Shown here piece after piece: positions 1 through 11,479 of a stretch of 60,465 bases of DNA (positions are counted from its first letter, which is position 1; every line of letters begins with the position of its first letter). The DNA lies in NCBI GenBank assembly GCA_050701075.1, contig JBOHEP010000354.1:1-60465 (forward strand), written 5' to 3'. Made by a program: the position numbers and the translations under genes. The notes beneath the pieces were generated by a model that worked only from the letters and a program-made list of their open reading frames with translations, ran no database searches and was not told the origin of the DNA. The stretch comes from Pseudonocardia sp. GTDB taxonomy: Bacteria > Actinomycetota > Actinomycetes > Mycobacteriales > Pseudonocardiaceae.

Positions 1-232
1 CTCCTGGTCAGCCAGGGGCGGTGCGGCAGAGAAGCACCCGTCCTCCCTGATCCGGGCTCCGTGCGCGAAGGGCGGGCACTCCACGCACAGCACGCCGCGG
101 GAGGCATGTCGTCGTGGGCCTGCGTACTGGGACGCTGGACGCCGAGGCCATAACCACGACACGTAGTGCACGCTGGAACCCGAAGTTCGTGCGCAGGCGG
201 GCGGTGCCCCGGCAACCGGGACACCGCCCGTT
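1..232 (+). ncRNA. ms1: Ms1 RNA homolog (actinobacterial RNA polymerase core-binding sRNA, MTS2823 family); 5' end probably just upstream of the window
   Basis: Blocks resembling mycobacterial Ms1 as I recall it, in the right order (GAGAAG..CTCCC..GCTCC; CACGC..CGCCGCGG; GGGCCTGCGTA; TGCACGCT..GTGC..GCGGGCGG..CCGCCCG); converges on a Rv3662c-like Fic-fold gene, the known Ms1 synteny; no convincing ORF. Confidence 0.85.
198..232 (+). terminator. 3' hairpin of Ms1, also positioned to terminate the convergent gene
   Basis: CGGGCGGTG-C-CCCGG-CAA-CCGGG-A-CACCGCCCG stem-loop followed by TTGCTAT. Confidence 0.7.
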
Positions 233-247
233 GCTATCTGGGCGGGG

Positions 248-997
248 TCAGCTGCAGGCGTCCGCGATGGATGTCCCCTCGCGGGCCCCGGCCACCCACT
301 GTGCACAGCAGTGCAACAGCCACACCGTGAGTCCATCGATCGATCCGACGGCAAATCCTGCCGCTGCGTCGCGATACTCCGCCCGGCGGCGCAGATGACC
401 CACCTCAGGCACCGCCAGGCCTCTCGGGTCGAGCCCGGCAGCCACTGCGGTCAGGCGGGCGGCCGCGCGAGCCACCACCCCGTTCGCCGACGGGAACGGG
501 GCGAGGGCGAGAAGTTCCCCGTGCACCACGGCGACCAACACCGGAGCCGGCACCGACGTACCGCCGGTCACCAGGTCGGCCAGCAGCGACAGCCGCGCGG
601 ATTCCTCGGCCGACGTCCGGGGCCGGCCCAGCTCGTCACCGCGGCGATCGCTCGGCACCAGATCGACGGCCGCCACGACGTGCAGCCGCGCCAGCGCCTG
701 GAGAGGGGAGGTCCGCCAGACCCCGAGCAGCCGCCCGGACTCCTCGGCGACGCGTACCGCGCCGGCGAGCACCGGATCGGAGACCATGCCATCGCCCACC
801 GGCCCCAGCGGAACACCGTCGAGGGCCGCGGACGCCCGCGCCGCGCGCATGCTCGCCTCCGCGGCGTTCGACGGCCAGTCTCGCCGGTTCGCGGGGTGGT
901 TGTGCACGGCGACAACCGCATCCCGGGCATGCCCGACCGCGTCGGCGACGCCGGGGAGCTCGACGAGCGGGGCGAGCGGATCGGGCACGCGGGGCAC
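248..997 (-). CDS. Fic/Fido-fold protein with degenerate motif (Rv3662c-like, often annotated oxidoreductase)
   Basis: [19 protein letters not shown] resembles the Fic HPFxxGNGR motif; PLQALARLH; lies between Ms1 and acs; start GTG 997 or 988. Confidence 0.8.
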   Translation of the reverse strand: MPRVPDPLAPLVELPGVADAVGHARDAVVAVHNHPANRRDWPSNAAEASMRAARASAALDGVPLGPVGDGMVSDPVLAGAVRVAEESGRLLGVWRTSPLQALARLHVVAAVDLVPSDRRGDELGRPRTSAEESARLSLLADLVTGGTSVPAPVLVAVVHGELLALAPFPSANGVVARAAARLTAVAAGLDPRGLAVPEVGHLRRRAEYRDAAAGFAVGSIDGLTVWLLHCCAQWVAGAREGTSIADACS

Positions 998-1151
998 GTC
1001 CGCATCCTTGCTCCCGCTACTGGGAATAACCATATCGACCCGACGGCACCGAACGGTGCTCACGGGTTGCGCGGGCACTAGCGTCGGTTCGACGAACGTT
1101 GCCGGACCAGGTGGCGGCGTCCGGCGCCGACGACGAGGAGGGCAACAGGAA

Positions 1152-3128
<1,977 letters not shown>

Positions 3129-3139
3129 GAGGCCTGGCT

Positions 3140-3198
3140 TTGCGAACGAACGGCACTTCCGTCCACACATGCCGGACGAGAGTGCCGTTCGTTCGCAA
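3140..3198. repeat. REP-like long inverted repeat / terminator hairpin after acs
   Basis: TTGCGAACGAACGGCACT (3140-3157) is the perfect reverse complement of AGTGCCGTTCGTTCGCAA (3181-3198), with an inner CGTCC/GGACG pair. Confidence 0.85.
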
Positions 3199-3238
3199 TG
3201 AGTGGGCGTGAGTGCGCCCGTTCGGGCATCCTGGCCGC

Positions 3239-3667
3239 GTGGCTGAGGACGACCTGCTGGTGCGGGAATCGCTGGTGTTGCCCGAACGGGAGCTGCACTG
3301 GCGGTTCTCGCGCGCCTCCGGCCCGGGCGGGCAGGGCGTGAACACCACCGACTCGCGGGTCGAGTTGTCGTTCGACCTTGCCCGGTCCCCGTCGGTGCCC
3401 GAGCCGCTGCGTGAGCGGGCGCTGACGCGGTTGGCGAACCGGCTGGTCGACGGTGTGCTGACCATCGTCGGATCCGAGTACCGCAGCCAGTTGCGCAACC
3501 GCGACGCCGCCCGTGAACGGTTGGCGGCAACACTGCGCGCGGCGACGGCGCCCGAACCACCGCGGCGGCGGCCGACGCGGCCGTCCGCGGGAGCGAAGCG
3601 GCGGCGGCTGGACGCGAAGATCCGGCGCGGGGCGATCAAGCGGCTGCGCGGGCGGCCGGATGCGTAG
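3239..3667 (+). CDS. arfB: Alternative ribosome-rescue peptidyl-tRNA hydrolase ArfB
   Basis: FSRASGPGGQGVN GGQ motif, RSQLRNR, basic C-terminal tail RRRPTRPS..KRRRLDAK. Confidence 0.93.
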   Translation: MAEDDLLVRESLVLPERELHWRFSRASGPGGQGVNTTDSRVELSFDLARSPSVPEPLRERALTRLANRLVDGVLTIVGSEYRSQLRNRDAARERLAATLRAATAPEPPRRRPTRPSAGAKRRRLDAKIRRGAIKRLRGRPDA

Positions 3668-3802
3668 CCGCCCACCCCGACCCGGGTGACATTTCGCCCC
3701 GAACCGGGCGTCGGTGATCCTGAGCGGACATCGCCGTCGACGCCATGGAAGTATGACGACCCGTTCGACGACATCCCGGCAGGTGAGTGCAGGAGGACCG
3801 CG

Positions 3803-4357
3803 GTGGCCAGCCCAACCAGCTCCAGCGGCACGGCAGTTCCGCCCGTGCTCCCGTCGATCCCGCTCGCGCCCGAGCCCGCGCAGGCCGCCGGGGATCAGTC
3901 GATCGGTGCCCTCGTGCGTGAGGTCACCGAGCATGTCTCGACCCTGGTGCGCTCCGAGGTGGAGCTCGCGCGCGCCGAGCTCACCTCCGAGGTGAAGAAG
4001 GGCGTCAGGGGCAGCATCTACTTCGTCATCGCGCTGACGATCCTGCTGTTCAGCTTGTTCTTCTTCTTTTTCTTCCTCGGTGAGCTGCTGCATGTCTGGC
4101 TGGCCCGCTGGGCCGCGTTCGGGATCGTGTTCCTGCTGATGATCGTCACCGCCGGAGCGTTCGGCCTGCTGGGCTACCGACGCGTCCGCAAGATCCGTAA
4201 ACCGGAGCGCACGATCACCACCCTCAAGGCGTCGGCGGCTGTGCTGGGCAGCCGGGGCAGGGAGTCGGCCGCCGCGCGTCGCGGCCTGGCCGGCGGGTAC
4301 AGCAACGGCGCCGCGGGGTCGTTCTCGGGCTCGGGCACCGACGCCGTCGTGCGCTGA
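3803..4357 (+). CDS. Actinobacterial holin-X-like membrane protein (Rv3669-like)
   Basis: SIGALVREVTEHVSTLVRSEVELARAEL then two TM helices and KPERTI; AGGAGG RBS before GTG 3803. Confidence 0.85.
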   Translation: MASPTSSSGTAVPPVLPSIPLAPEPAQAAGDQSIGALVREVTEHVSTLVRSEVELARAELTSEVKKGVRGSIYFVIALTILLFSLFFFFFFLGELLHVWLARWAAFGIVFLLMIVTAGAFGLLGYRRVRKIRKPERTITTLKASAAVLGSRGRESAAARRGLAGGYSNGAAGSFSGSGTDAVVR

Positions 4358-4361
4358 CCGG

Positions 4362-5294
4362 GTGCGGCCGTGCGGCGGGGCCGATCGGTCCTCGATCCGG
4401 TTACGTGGTCCGTGGACCCACCGGGCGGTCTCGGCCAACGGCATCCAGCTACACGTCGTCGAATGCGGCAACGGCCCGCTGGTCGTGCTGCTGCACGGCT
4501 TCCCGGAGTTCTGGTGGTCCTGGCGGCATCAGCTCACGAGCCTCGCCGAAGCCGGGTATCGCGCCGTCGCGGTGGACCTGCGGGGTTACGGCGACTCGGA
4601 CAAGCCTCCGCGCGGCTACGACCTGTGGACCCTCGCCGGTGACGTCGCGGGCTTGATCCGGGCCCTTGGCGAGCCGGAGGCCCGAATAGTCGGGCACGAC
4701 TGGGGCGGCATGATCGGCTGGACGGTCGCGGTGTTGCACTCCCGGCTCGTGCGCTCGCTCACCGTCTTCGGGGCGCCGCACCCGCTCGCGGTGCGCGGCG
4801 CCTTTGTGGGTGACCTGCGCGGGCAGGGACGGGCCACGGCGTCCTACGCATTGGGTTTCCAGCTCCCGCGCTGGCCGGAGCGGTCGTTGCGAGCCGACGG
4901 CGGTGCGCGGGTGGAGCGGATCATGCGCGGGTGGGCCGGGCCGGAATGGGCCGCGACAGCCGATTTCGCCGAGGCCGTCACGCACTACCGGCGGGCGATC
5001 CAGGTGCCCGCGGCGGCGCATTGTGCGATGGAGTACTACCGGTGGGTCTTTCGCTCGCAGTTCCGTGCCGACGGCCGCCGGTACGCCGCAGCGATGGCCC
5101 GTCCGGTGATCGTGCCGGTGTTGCAGGTGCACGGCGCGCTCGACCCGTGCGCGCTCGAAAGCACAGCGCGGGCGTCGAGCCGGTGGGCGGGACAGTCGTA
5201 TCAGCTCCGCGTCGTCCCGGAGATTGGCCACTTCCCCCACCAGGAGCGTCCGGCGGAGACGACGGCCGTGCTGGCGGAGTTCCTCGCGCGCTGA
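4362..5294 (+). CDS. Alpha/beta hydrolase, epoxide hydrolase family (EphE-like)
   Basis: LHGFPEFWWSWRHQ, DLRGYGDSDKP, GHDWGG nucleophile Asp, GHFPHQE. Confidence 0.9.
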   Translation: MRPCGGADRSSIRLRGPWTHRAVSANGIQLHVVECGNGPLVVLLHGFPEFWWSWRHQLTSLAEAGYRAVAVDLRGYGDSDKPPRGYDLWTLAGDVAGLIRALGEPEARIVGHDWGGMIGWTVAVLHSRLVRSLTVFGAPHPLAVRGAFVGDLRGQGRATASYALGFQLPRWPERSLRADGGARVERIMRGWAGPEWAATADFAEAVTHYRRAIQVPAAAHCAMEYYRWVFRSQFRADGRRYAAAMARPVIVPVLQVHGALDPCALESTARASSRWAGQSYQLRVVPEIGHFPHQERPAETTAVLAEFLAR

Positions 5295-5320
5295 CGATCC
5301 GCCGACCGAGCGGCCCGCGC

Positions 5321-5372
5321 GAACTCGCCGTGCTGGATCGGGGAACTCGCCGTGCTGGATCGGGGAACTCGC
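5321..5372. repeat. 22-bp tandem repeat, 2 copies plus partial, between convergent genes
   Basis: GAACTCGCCGTGCTGGATCGGG at 5321 and 5343, then GAACTCGC. Confidence 0.85.
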
Positions 5373-5390
5373 GTGTGCGAGGCCGGCGCG

Positions 5391-6503
5391 TTACCGGGCT
5401 GGCGTGAGCAACGCCGCCCGGGCCGACACGGCTGTGTCCGGGTTGTCGGAGAACAGCCCGTCCACCCCGGCCCCCAGGAACGCCTCGTACTCGGTGAACG
5501 GGTCGCCGTAGTCGGTCTCCATGCCACCGGAGCGGAGGTCCGTGGGCAGGAACTGATTCTCGTTGCGGAACGTGAAGGGGTGCACGAGCAGGTCGGCCGC
5601 GTGTGCGGCGGCGACAAGGGCGGTGGGTTCGCGCAGCGCTCCCGCGGGGTCCCGGGCGATCACCAGATTCTTCTCCGGCCCGATCGCATTGGCGTAGCGG
5701 GCGATCTCGGCGAGGCCCCTGGTGGTGACCAGGTCGGCGTACGTGCGTGGGTCGGCGGCTGCCACGAGGTCGGCCGGTGCCCCGTCGCGGTCGATCAGCT
5801 GCACCAGCGGCACCCGAAGCTGCGCGCGCAATGCGCGCAGATTGGCCGTCTCGAACGACTGGACGAAAACCGGCGCGTTCTCCTGGTTCAACCCGGCCCG
5901 GTTCAGGGCCGCGACCAGCGCGGGCTCCAGCGGCGTGCCCAGCCGGGCGAAGTACGTGGGATGCTTGGTCTCCGGATACACACCGATCTCGCGGCCGAGC
6001 TCGTCGGAGAGCCGCGCGCGTAGGGCGAGGATCTCCTCGAAGGTCGGAATCTCGAAGCGGCCGTCGTAGATCGTGTTCTCCTGGCGCACCTGTGGGATTC
6101 GCTCCTTGGCCCGCAGGGTCTTGAGCTCGGCAAGGGTGAGGTCCTCGGTGAACCATCCCGTGTGGTCGACCCCGTCGATGGTCTTCGTCACCTTCAGGGT
6201 TGTGAACTCGGGGTGCTCGGCGACGTCGGTGGTGGTGCCGATCTCGGGCTCGTGCCGGGCGACCAGCACGCCGTCGGCGGTGATCACGAGGTCCGGCTCG
6301 ATGTAGTCCGCGCCCAACCGGGCGGCCAGGTCGTACGCGGCGAGCGTGTGCTCGGGCCGGTATCCCGAGGCACCCCGGTGCCCGATGATCAGCGGCGTGA
6401 TCATGTCGCCGCCCCCGGCGGCCGGCTCCGTGACCGGCCCGGCGGGCAGGGTGGCGACGGCGACGAGTGTGGCCATGGTGAGTCCTCGCAGCCGCGGGTG
6501 CAC
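5391..6503 (-). CDS. glpQ: Secreted glycerophosphodiester phosphodiesterase (GlpQ family)
   Basis: IIGHRGASGYRPEHT, YIEPDL, VARHE, ETKHP, VQSFE, GVDGLFSDNP; N-terminal signal-like segment; start 6503 or 6476. Confidence 0.9.
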   Translation of the reverse strand: MHPRLRGLTMATLVAVATLPAGPVTEPAAGGGDMITPLIIGHRGASGYRPEHTLAAYDLAARLGADYIEPDLVITADGVLVARHEPEIGTTTDVAEHPEFTTLKVTKTIDGVDHTGWFTEDLTLAELKTLRAKERIPQVRQENTIYDGRFEIPTFEEILALRARLSDELGREIGVYPETKHPTYFARLGTPLEPALVAALNRAGLNQENAPVFVQSFETANLRALRAQLRVPLVQLIDRDGAPADLVAAADPRTYADLVTTRGLAEIARYANAIGPEKNLVIARDPAGALREPTALVAAAHAADLLVHPFTFRNENQFLPTDLRSGGMETDYGDPFTEYEAFLGAGVDGLFSDNPDTAVSARAALLTPAR

Positions 6504-6625
6504 CAGGAGACCCTTGTTCGACGGAACGACCGGTTGGCCACAGTGGGGGGACGGCGGCGCGTCACCGTGATGAATCCCTGGTGCGCCCGCGCCCGTTCGA
6601 CGTCGGGCCACTACGCTGCCCGATC

Positions 6626-7891
6626 GTGCGCGTCCTGGTCGTCGGGTCCGGTGCTCGCGAGCACGCCATCGTCCTTGCCCTGGCCCAGGACCCCGAGGTG
6701 ACCGCGCTGGCCTGCACGCCGGGCAATGCGGGTACCGCCGCGCTGGCCGAGCAGCGCGGACTGGACCCGCGCGACCAGGACGCGGTCGCGAGGTTCGCAT
6801 CGGCCTGGCAGGCCGACCTCGTCGTCATCGGCCCGGAGGTTCCGCTGGTCGCCGGGGTGGCCGACGCCGTGCGCGCGGCCGGCATCGCCTGCTTCGGGCC
6901 GAGTGCCGCAGCGGCCCGGATCGAGGGCTCGAAGAGCTTCGCCAAGGATGTGATGGCCGCCGCCGGCGTGTCCACGGCAGCCGCGGAGATCGTCGACAAC
7001 CCGGCCCACCTCGACGCCGCGCTGGCCCGCTGCTCACCGCCCTACGTGGTCAAGGACGACGGGCTCGCCGCAGGCAAGGGCGTGGTCGTGACCGAGGACG
7101 TGGAGTTGGCCCGCGCCCACGCGCTCACGCTGCTCGACGCCGGACATCCGTTGCTCCTGGAGTGCTACCTCGACGGACCGGAGGTGTCCCTGTTCTGCCT
7201 GGTCGACGGTGCCACGGTGGTGCCGCTGCTGCCGGCGCAGGACTTCAAACGCGTCGGCGACGGCGACGCAGGTCCCAACACCGGCGGGATGGGCGCCTAC
7301 GCCCCGCTGCCGTGGGCTGCCCCCGGGCTCGCGGACGAGCTCGTCGCCGCCGCGGTGGCGCCGGTGGCCGAGGAGCTGGTCCGGCGCGGCACGCCTTTTC
7401 GCGGGCTGCTCTACGCGGGGTTCGCGCTCACCTCAGCGGGTCCGGCGGTCATCGAGTTCAACTGCCGCTTCGGCGATCCGGAGACCCAGGTGGTGCTGGC
7501 GTTGCTGCGCACCCCGTTGGCTCGCCTGCTGTACGCCACAACCGTCGGAGAGTTGGCCGCGGAGCCACCCCTGGACTGGTCGGAGGGAGCCGCGGTGACC
7601 GTGGTGGTGGCCGCCGAGGGCTACCCGGGAATCCCCCGGCTCGGCGACGTGATCACCGGCGCGGAGGGCGAGGGGGTGCTGCACGCCGGCACCCGGCGTC
7701 GCGACGACGGTGCGATGGTCTCCGCGGGCGGCCGGGTGCTGTCGGTCGTCGGCACCGGTCCCGATCTCGCTGCCGCCCGCGAGGACGCCTACGAACGGCT
7801 CGCCCGGGTGCACCTGGCGGGCTCGCACCACCGCACCGACATCGGGCTGCTGGCCGTCCGGGGCAAGATCTCGGTCCCTTCGTCGGGATGA
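6626..7891 (+). CDS. purD: Phosphoribosylamine--glycine ligase
   Basis: VLVVGSGAREHA, IEGSKSFAK, KDDGLAAGKGV, GPNTGGMGAY, EFNCRFGDPE, GGRVL. Confidence 0.97.
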   Translation: MRVLVVGSGAREHAIVLALAQDPEVTALACTPGNAGTAALAEQRGLDPRDQDAVARFASAWQADLVVIGPEVPLVAGVADAVRAAGIACFGPSAAAARIEGSKSFAKDVMAAAGVSTAAAEIVDNPAHLDAALARCSPPYVVKDDGLAAGKGVVVTEDVELARAHALTLLDAGHPLLLECYLDGPEVSLFCLVDGATVVPLLPAQDFKRVGDGDAGPNTGGMGAYAPLPWAAPGLADELVAAAVAPVAEELVRRGTPFRGLLYAGFALTSAGPAVIEFNCRFGDPETQVVLALLRTPLARLLYATTVGELAAEPPLDWSEGAAVTVVVAAEGYPGIPRLGDVITGAEGEGVLHAGTRRRDDGAMVSAGGRVLSVVGTGPDLAAAREDAYERLARVHLAGSHHRTDIGLLAVRGKISVPSSG

Positions 7892-8196
7892 GCGATCCGC
7901 CGGATCATGGTTCCGTGATGACGCCGTGGTCACCGACCCGGCGCCAGCGGCAGCGCAGCTCGCCCGCGACGGTGACCGGATCGAAGGTGGCGCGCCCGTC
8001 CGCTAGTCGGCGCTGCTCACCGGGACGGTCCGGAAGGGCTGCGCTGGTAGCGGATCAGCCGCGAGCTGTTCGCGATGACGCCGACCGAGGACGCGCGATC
8101 CACCGTGACGCTGCTCTGACCGTCACATCGTGTGCGCCGAGTGACGCAGGTGAAGGAGCGTGGGCTTCTGCTCGGTGATACGCCTACGCTCGCCGG

Positions 8197-9399
8197 GTGT
8201 TCGGACGAGCAACAGCGCCGCCCCTCTCAGTGGCCCACCGCGCGACCATCCCCCCGTTCCACGTCATGGACGTCTGGGCCGCTGCCGGTGAGCGCCAGCG
8301 CACCCACGGCGACCTGGTCAACCTCTCGGCCGGGCAGCCGTCCACACCGGCGCCGGCGGCGGTGCGGGCGGCGGCTGTGGTGGCGTTGGAGCGCGACGTC
8401 CTCGGCTACACGGTCGCCATGGGCATTCCCGAGCTGCGGGTCGCGATCGCCGGTCACTACGGCCGCAGGTACGGGCTCGACGTCGCGGCGGAGCAGGTCG
8501 TCGTGACCACCGGCTCGTCCGGGGGTTTCCTGCTCGCGTTCCTCGCCGCGTTCGACGCCGGCGACCGGGTGGCGATGGCGCGACCCGGTTATCCCTGCTA
8601 CCGCAACATCCTCACGGCCCTGGGTTGCGAGGTCGTCGAGCTGTCGTGTGGGCCGCAGACCCGTTACCAGCCGACCGTCGCGATGCTCGAGGCACTCGAC
8701 GAGCCGGTGAAGGGGCTCGTCGTCGCCAGTCCGGCGAACCCGACGGGCACGGTGCTCGACCCCGCAGAGTTGCGGGCGCTGGCCGCCTACTGCGAGCACA
8801 CCGGCGTCCAGCTCGTCAGCGACGAGATCTACCACGGCATCTCCTACCCCGGCACCCCCGCCACGTCGAGCGCGTGGGCGACCTCGCGCGAGGCGATCGT
8901 CGTCAACTCGTTCTCGAAGTACTTCTCCATGACCGGCTGGCGGCTGGGCTGGCTGCTCGTGCCGCCGCGGCTGCTGCGTGCGGTGGACTGCCTCGCCGGC
9001 AACTTCACCGTCTGCCCGCCGGTGCTGCCGCAGCGGGCCGCGCTCGGCGCGTTCGTCGAAGAGAGCTATGTCGAGGCGGACGGCCACGTCGCGCGGTACG
9101 CGGTGAACCGCGCGCTGCTGCTGGAGGGCTTGCCGTGGCTGGGGATCGAACGCCTGGCGCCGGCGGACGGGGCCTTCTACGTCTACGCCGACGTGTCTCA
9201 CCTTGCGGTGGACTCCATGGCCCTCACCTACCGGCTGCTCGCCGAGACCGGCGTCGCGGTGGCTCCCGGGATCGACTTCGATCCGGTCGACGGCGCCCGC
9301 TGGATCCGGCTCTCGTTCGCCGGCGCCACCGGTGACGTCGCGGAGGCCCTGCGCCGGCTCGAGACCTGGATCGCCCGCTGCGGCCCAGCACGGTCCTAG
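8197..9399 (+). CDS. PLP-dependent class I/II aminotransferase
   Basis: SPANPTG, SDEIYH, SFSKYFSMTGWRLG (PLP lysine), GAFY, IRLSF. Confidence 0.92.
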   Translation: MFGRATAPPLSVAHRATIPPFHVMDVWAAAGERQRTHGDLVNLSAGQPSTPAPAAVRAAAVVALERDVLGYTVAMGIPELRVAIAGHYGRRYGLDVAAEQVVVTTGSSGGFLLAFLAAFDAGDRVAMARPGYPCYRNILTALGCEVVELSCGPQTRYQPTVAMLEALDEPVKGLVVASPANPTGTVLDPAELRALAAYCEHTGVQLVSDEIYHGISYPGTPATSSAWATSREAIVVNSFSKYFSMTGWRLGWLLVPPRLLRAVDCLAGNFTVCPPVLPQRAALGAFVEESYVEADGHVARYAVNRALLLEGLPWLGIERLAPADGAFYVYADVSHLAVDSMALTYRLLAETGVAVAPGIDFDPVDGARWIRLSFAGATGDVAEALRRLETWIARCGPARS

Positions 9400-9410
9400 G
9401 CTGCGACCGT

Positions 9411-10199
9411 ATGGACGAGCCCCGGATCGCCGCATGGGACCGTCGCGTCGACTGGCCGTTGACCGGGCTCGCGGTGGCGTTCCTGGTCGGCTACGCCTGG
9501 CAGGTGCTGGACACGTCGCTGAGCGGCACCGCGAAGGCTGCACTGGAGGTCGCGCTCACCGGGGTCTGGGTGGTGTTCGGGATCGACTACCTGATCCGGA
9601 TCGGGCTGGCGCGGCGCAGATGGCATTACGTCGGTACGCACCTGCTCGACCTGGCCATCCTGGTGCTGCCGATGCTCCGCCAGCTCCGCGCGTTGCGGGT
9701 GATCACCGTGATCAGCGTGCTGAACCGGCAGCTGCGTGCCGACTTCCGCGGCCGCGTCGCGATCTACGTCGTCGGCACCGTCGCCCTGGTCGGTTTCGTG
9801 GCCTCGCTCGCGGTGCTGGATGCCGAGCGGGACGCGCCGGACGCGACGATCACCGACTTCGGCGAGGCCGTGTGGTGGACCCTCACCACGATCTCGACGG
9901 TCGGCTACGGTGACCGCTTCCCCGTCACGCTGCAGGGACGGCTCGTCGCGGCCACGCTCATGGTCGCCGGGATCGCGCTGCTCGGCGTCGTGACCGCGTC
10001 GATCGCGAGTTGGTTCGTGGAGAACCTGAGGCGCACGGGTGAGCAGGTTTCCGCGGGGATCGAAGATGTGACCGAGGAGGTCGCGGAGATCGAGCTGACC
10101 GGGCAACGAACCGCGGTGCAACTGGCTGCCGTGCTCGCCGAGCTGCGGTCGATCACCGCCCGGCTGGACGCGCTGGAGCGCGACCGGCACCCTTCCTGA
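9411..10199 (+). CDS. Potassium channel family protein (Kv-like, S4-like helix and C-terminal coiled coil)
   Basis: TISTVGYGD selectivity filter; LPMLRQLRALRVI arginine-periodic helix. Confidence 0.92.
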   Translation: MDEPRIAAWDRRVDWPLTGLAVAFLVGYAWQVLDTSLSGTAKAALEVALTGVWVVFGIDYLIRIGLARRRWHYVGTHLLDLAILVLPMLRQLRALRVITVISVLNRQLRADFRGRVAIYVVGTVALVGFVASLAVLDAERDAPDATITDFGEAVWWTLTTISTVGYGDRFPVTLQGRLVAATLMVAGIALLGVVTASIASWFVENLRRTGEQVSAGIEDVTEEVAEIELTGQRTAVQLAAVLAELRSITARLDALERDRHPS

Positions 10200-11280
10200 G
10201 CGCCCGGGGAGCAGCCCGCTGTGGCTCGACCGGCCCGATCCGGTCCAGCGCCGTCGCGATGTCGGCGTCGCTGAGATCGGCGTGGGTCATCAGCCGCACC
10301 TGCCCGGACATGGTGGACGCGAGCACTCCCGCCCCGACGAGGCGGCGCACGAGACCGTCGAGGTCGGCCACCGCGACCAGCACGATGTTGGTCTGCGGCG
10401 TCGTGGCCTGCCATCCGCGCTCGCGCAGTCCCGCGGCCAGGCGCGTCGCCCGCTCATGGTCCTCGGCGAGCCGGTCGATGCGGTCGAGCGCGACCAGCGC
10501 GGCCGCGGCGAGCACGCCACCCTGGCGCACCCCGCCGCCGAGCATCTTGCGCAGCCGGCGGGCTTGTTCGACGAACTCCGCCGACCCGGCCACCGCCGAG
10601 CCGACCGGCGCACCGAGCCCCTTGCTGAAGCAGACCTGGACGGTGTCCGCCCCGACCGTCAGCGCGCCCGGCGGCACCCCGAGCGCCACTGCGGCGTTCC
10701 AGAGCCGGGCCCCGTCCAGGTGCACCCGCAGCTTCGCCGCCCGCGCCGCCGCCACGACCGCCGCGTGCTCCTCAGGGGCCGTGACCGTGCCGCCGGCGGC
10801 GTTGTGGGTGTTCTCCAGGCACAGCAGCGTGGTGCGCAGCCGGTAGTACGGGCCGGCGCGGGCGCCGGCGTCAGCGAACCGCCGCACCGCATCGGGGGTG
10901 ATCTTGCCCGGCCCTGCGTCGTGGTCAAGTGCCCGCGGCATGCCGCCGGCAAGCCAGGCGGCCGTGCCGAGCTCGGCCTCGAGCACGTGTGCGCCCCGGG
11001 GCGCCAGGAACGCGTCGCCGCGCCGGAGGTGGGACATCAACGCGATCAGGTTGCCCATCGAACCGCTTGGCGTCCACAGCGCATCGTCCGCGCCGACAAG
11101 CCCCGCGACCCGTATCTCGAGCTCGCGCATGGTGGGGTCGCGGTCCAGGACGTCGTCGCCCACCTCGGCAGCGGCCATGGCCGCGCGCATCTGCTTGGTG
11201 GGCCGGGTGACGGTGTCCGAGCGGAGGTCGACAGGACCGTCGGTATCGGTGGACCTGCCGTATCGCGATCTGGCTCGCAC
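10153..11280 (-). CDS. ltaE: Low-specificity L-threonine aldolase
   Basis: DLRSDTVT, VGDD..DPT, LENTHN, HLDGARLWNA, CFSKGLGAPVGS, RKMLGGGVRQ; start uncertain. Confidence 0.9.
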   Translation of the reverse strand: MRARSRYGRSTDTDGPVDLRSDTVTRPTKQMRAAMAAAEVGDDVLDRDPTMRELEIRVAGLVGADDALWTPSGSMGNLIALMSHLRRGDAFLAPRGAHVLEAELGTAAWLAGGMPRALDHDAGPGKITPDAVRRFADAGARAGPYYRLRTTLLCLENTHNAAGGTVTAPEEHAAVVAAARAAKLRVHLDGARLWNAAVALGVPPGALTVGADTVQVCFSKGLGAPVGSAVAGSAEFVEQARRLRKMLGGGVRQGGVLAAAALVALDRIDRLAEDHERATRLAAGLRERGWQATTPQTNIVLVAVADLDGLVRRLVGAGVLASTMSGQVRLMTHADLSDADIATALDRIGPVEPQRAAPRALRKGAGRAPARPAGR

Positions 11281-11479
11281 GGTCGTCGATTCAACCAGCA
11301 GGCGTTGGCGTGGTCTCCATGGCATCACGAAACGGTCACAGCGATGGGCTGTTCGGGGGAACAGGAGACCTTCGTGCAACCGTGCGGCAGGGTGTTCACC
11401 TCTGTGGGTGGTGGGCTCACCTCTGGTGGACGATGGGATCACCTCGGGTGGATCATGGGCCGGCGAGGAGGCGCGCGGA

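Noticed and set aside
3803..4357. Prophage suggested by a holin-family annotation
   Set aside because: This is a core actinobacterial gene in its usual acs-ephE context; no phage genes nearby
7888..8178. Possible small gene or SnoaL-like remnant between purD and the aminotransferase
   Set aside because: Only a faint WFRDDAVVTDP resemblance; no consistent frame, RBS or codon bias
10153..10199. 47-nt convergent overlap of the K+ channel and threonine aldolase genes
   Set aside because: Short 3' overlaps are common in high-GC genomes; no sign of function
11376..11403. Autoregulatory SigE-type promoter GCAAC...CCTC upstream of the ECF gene
   Set aside because: Single instance with imperfect spacing; too weak to call
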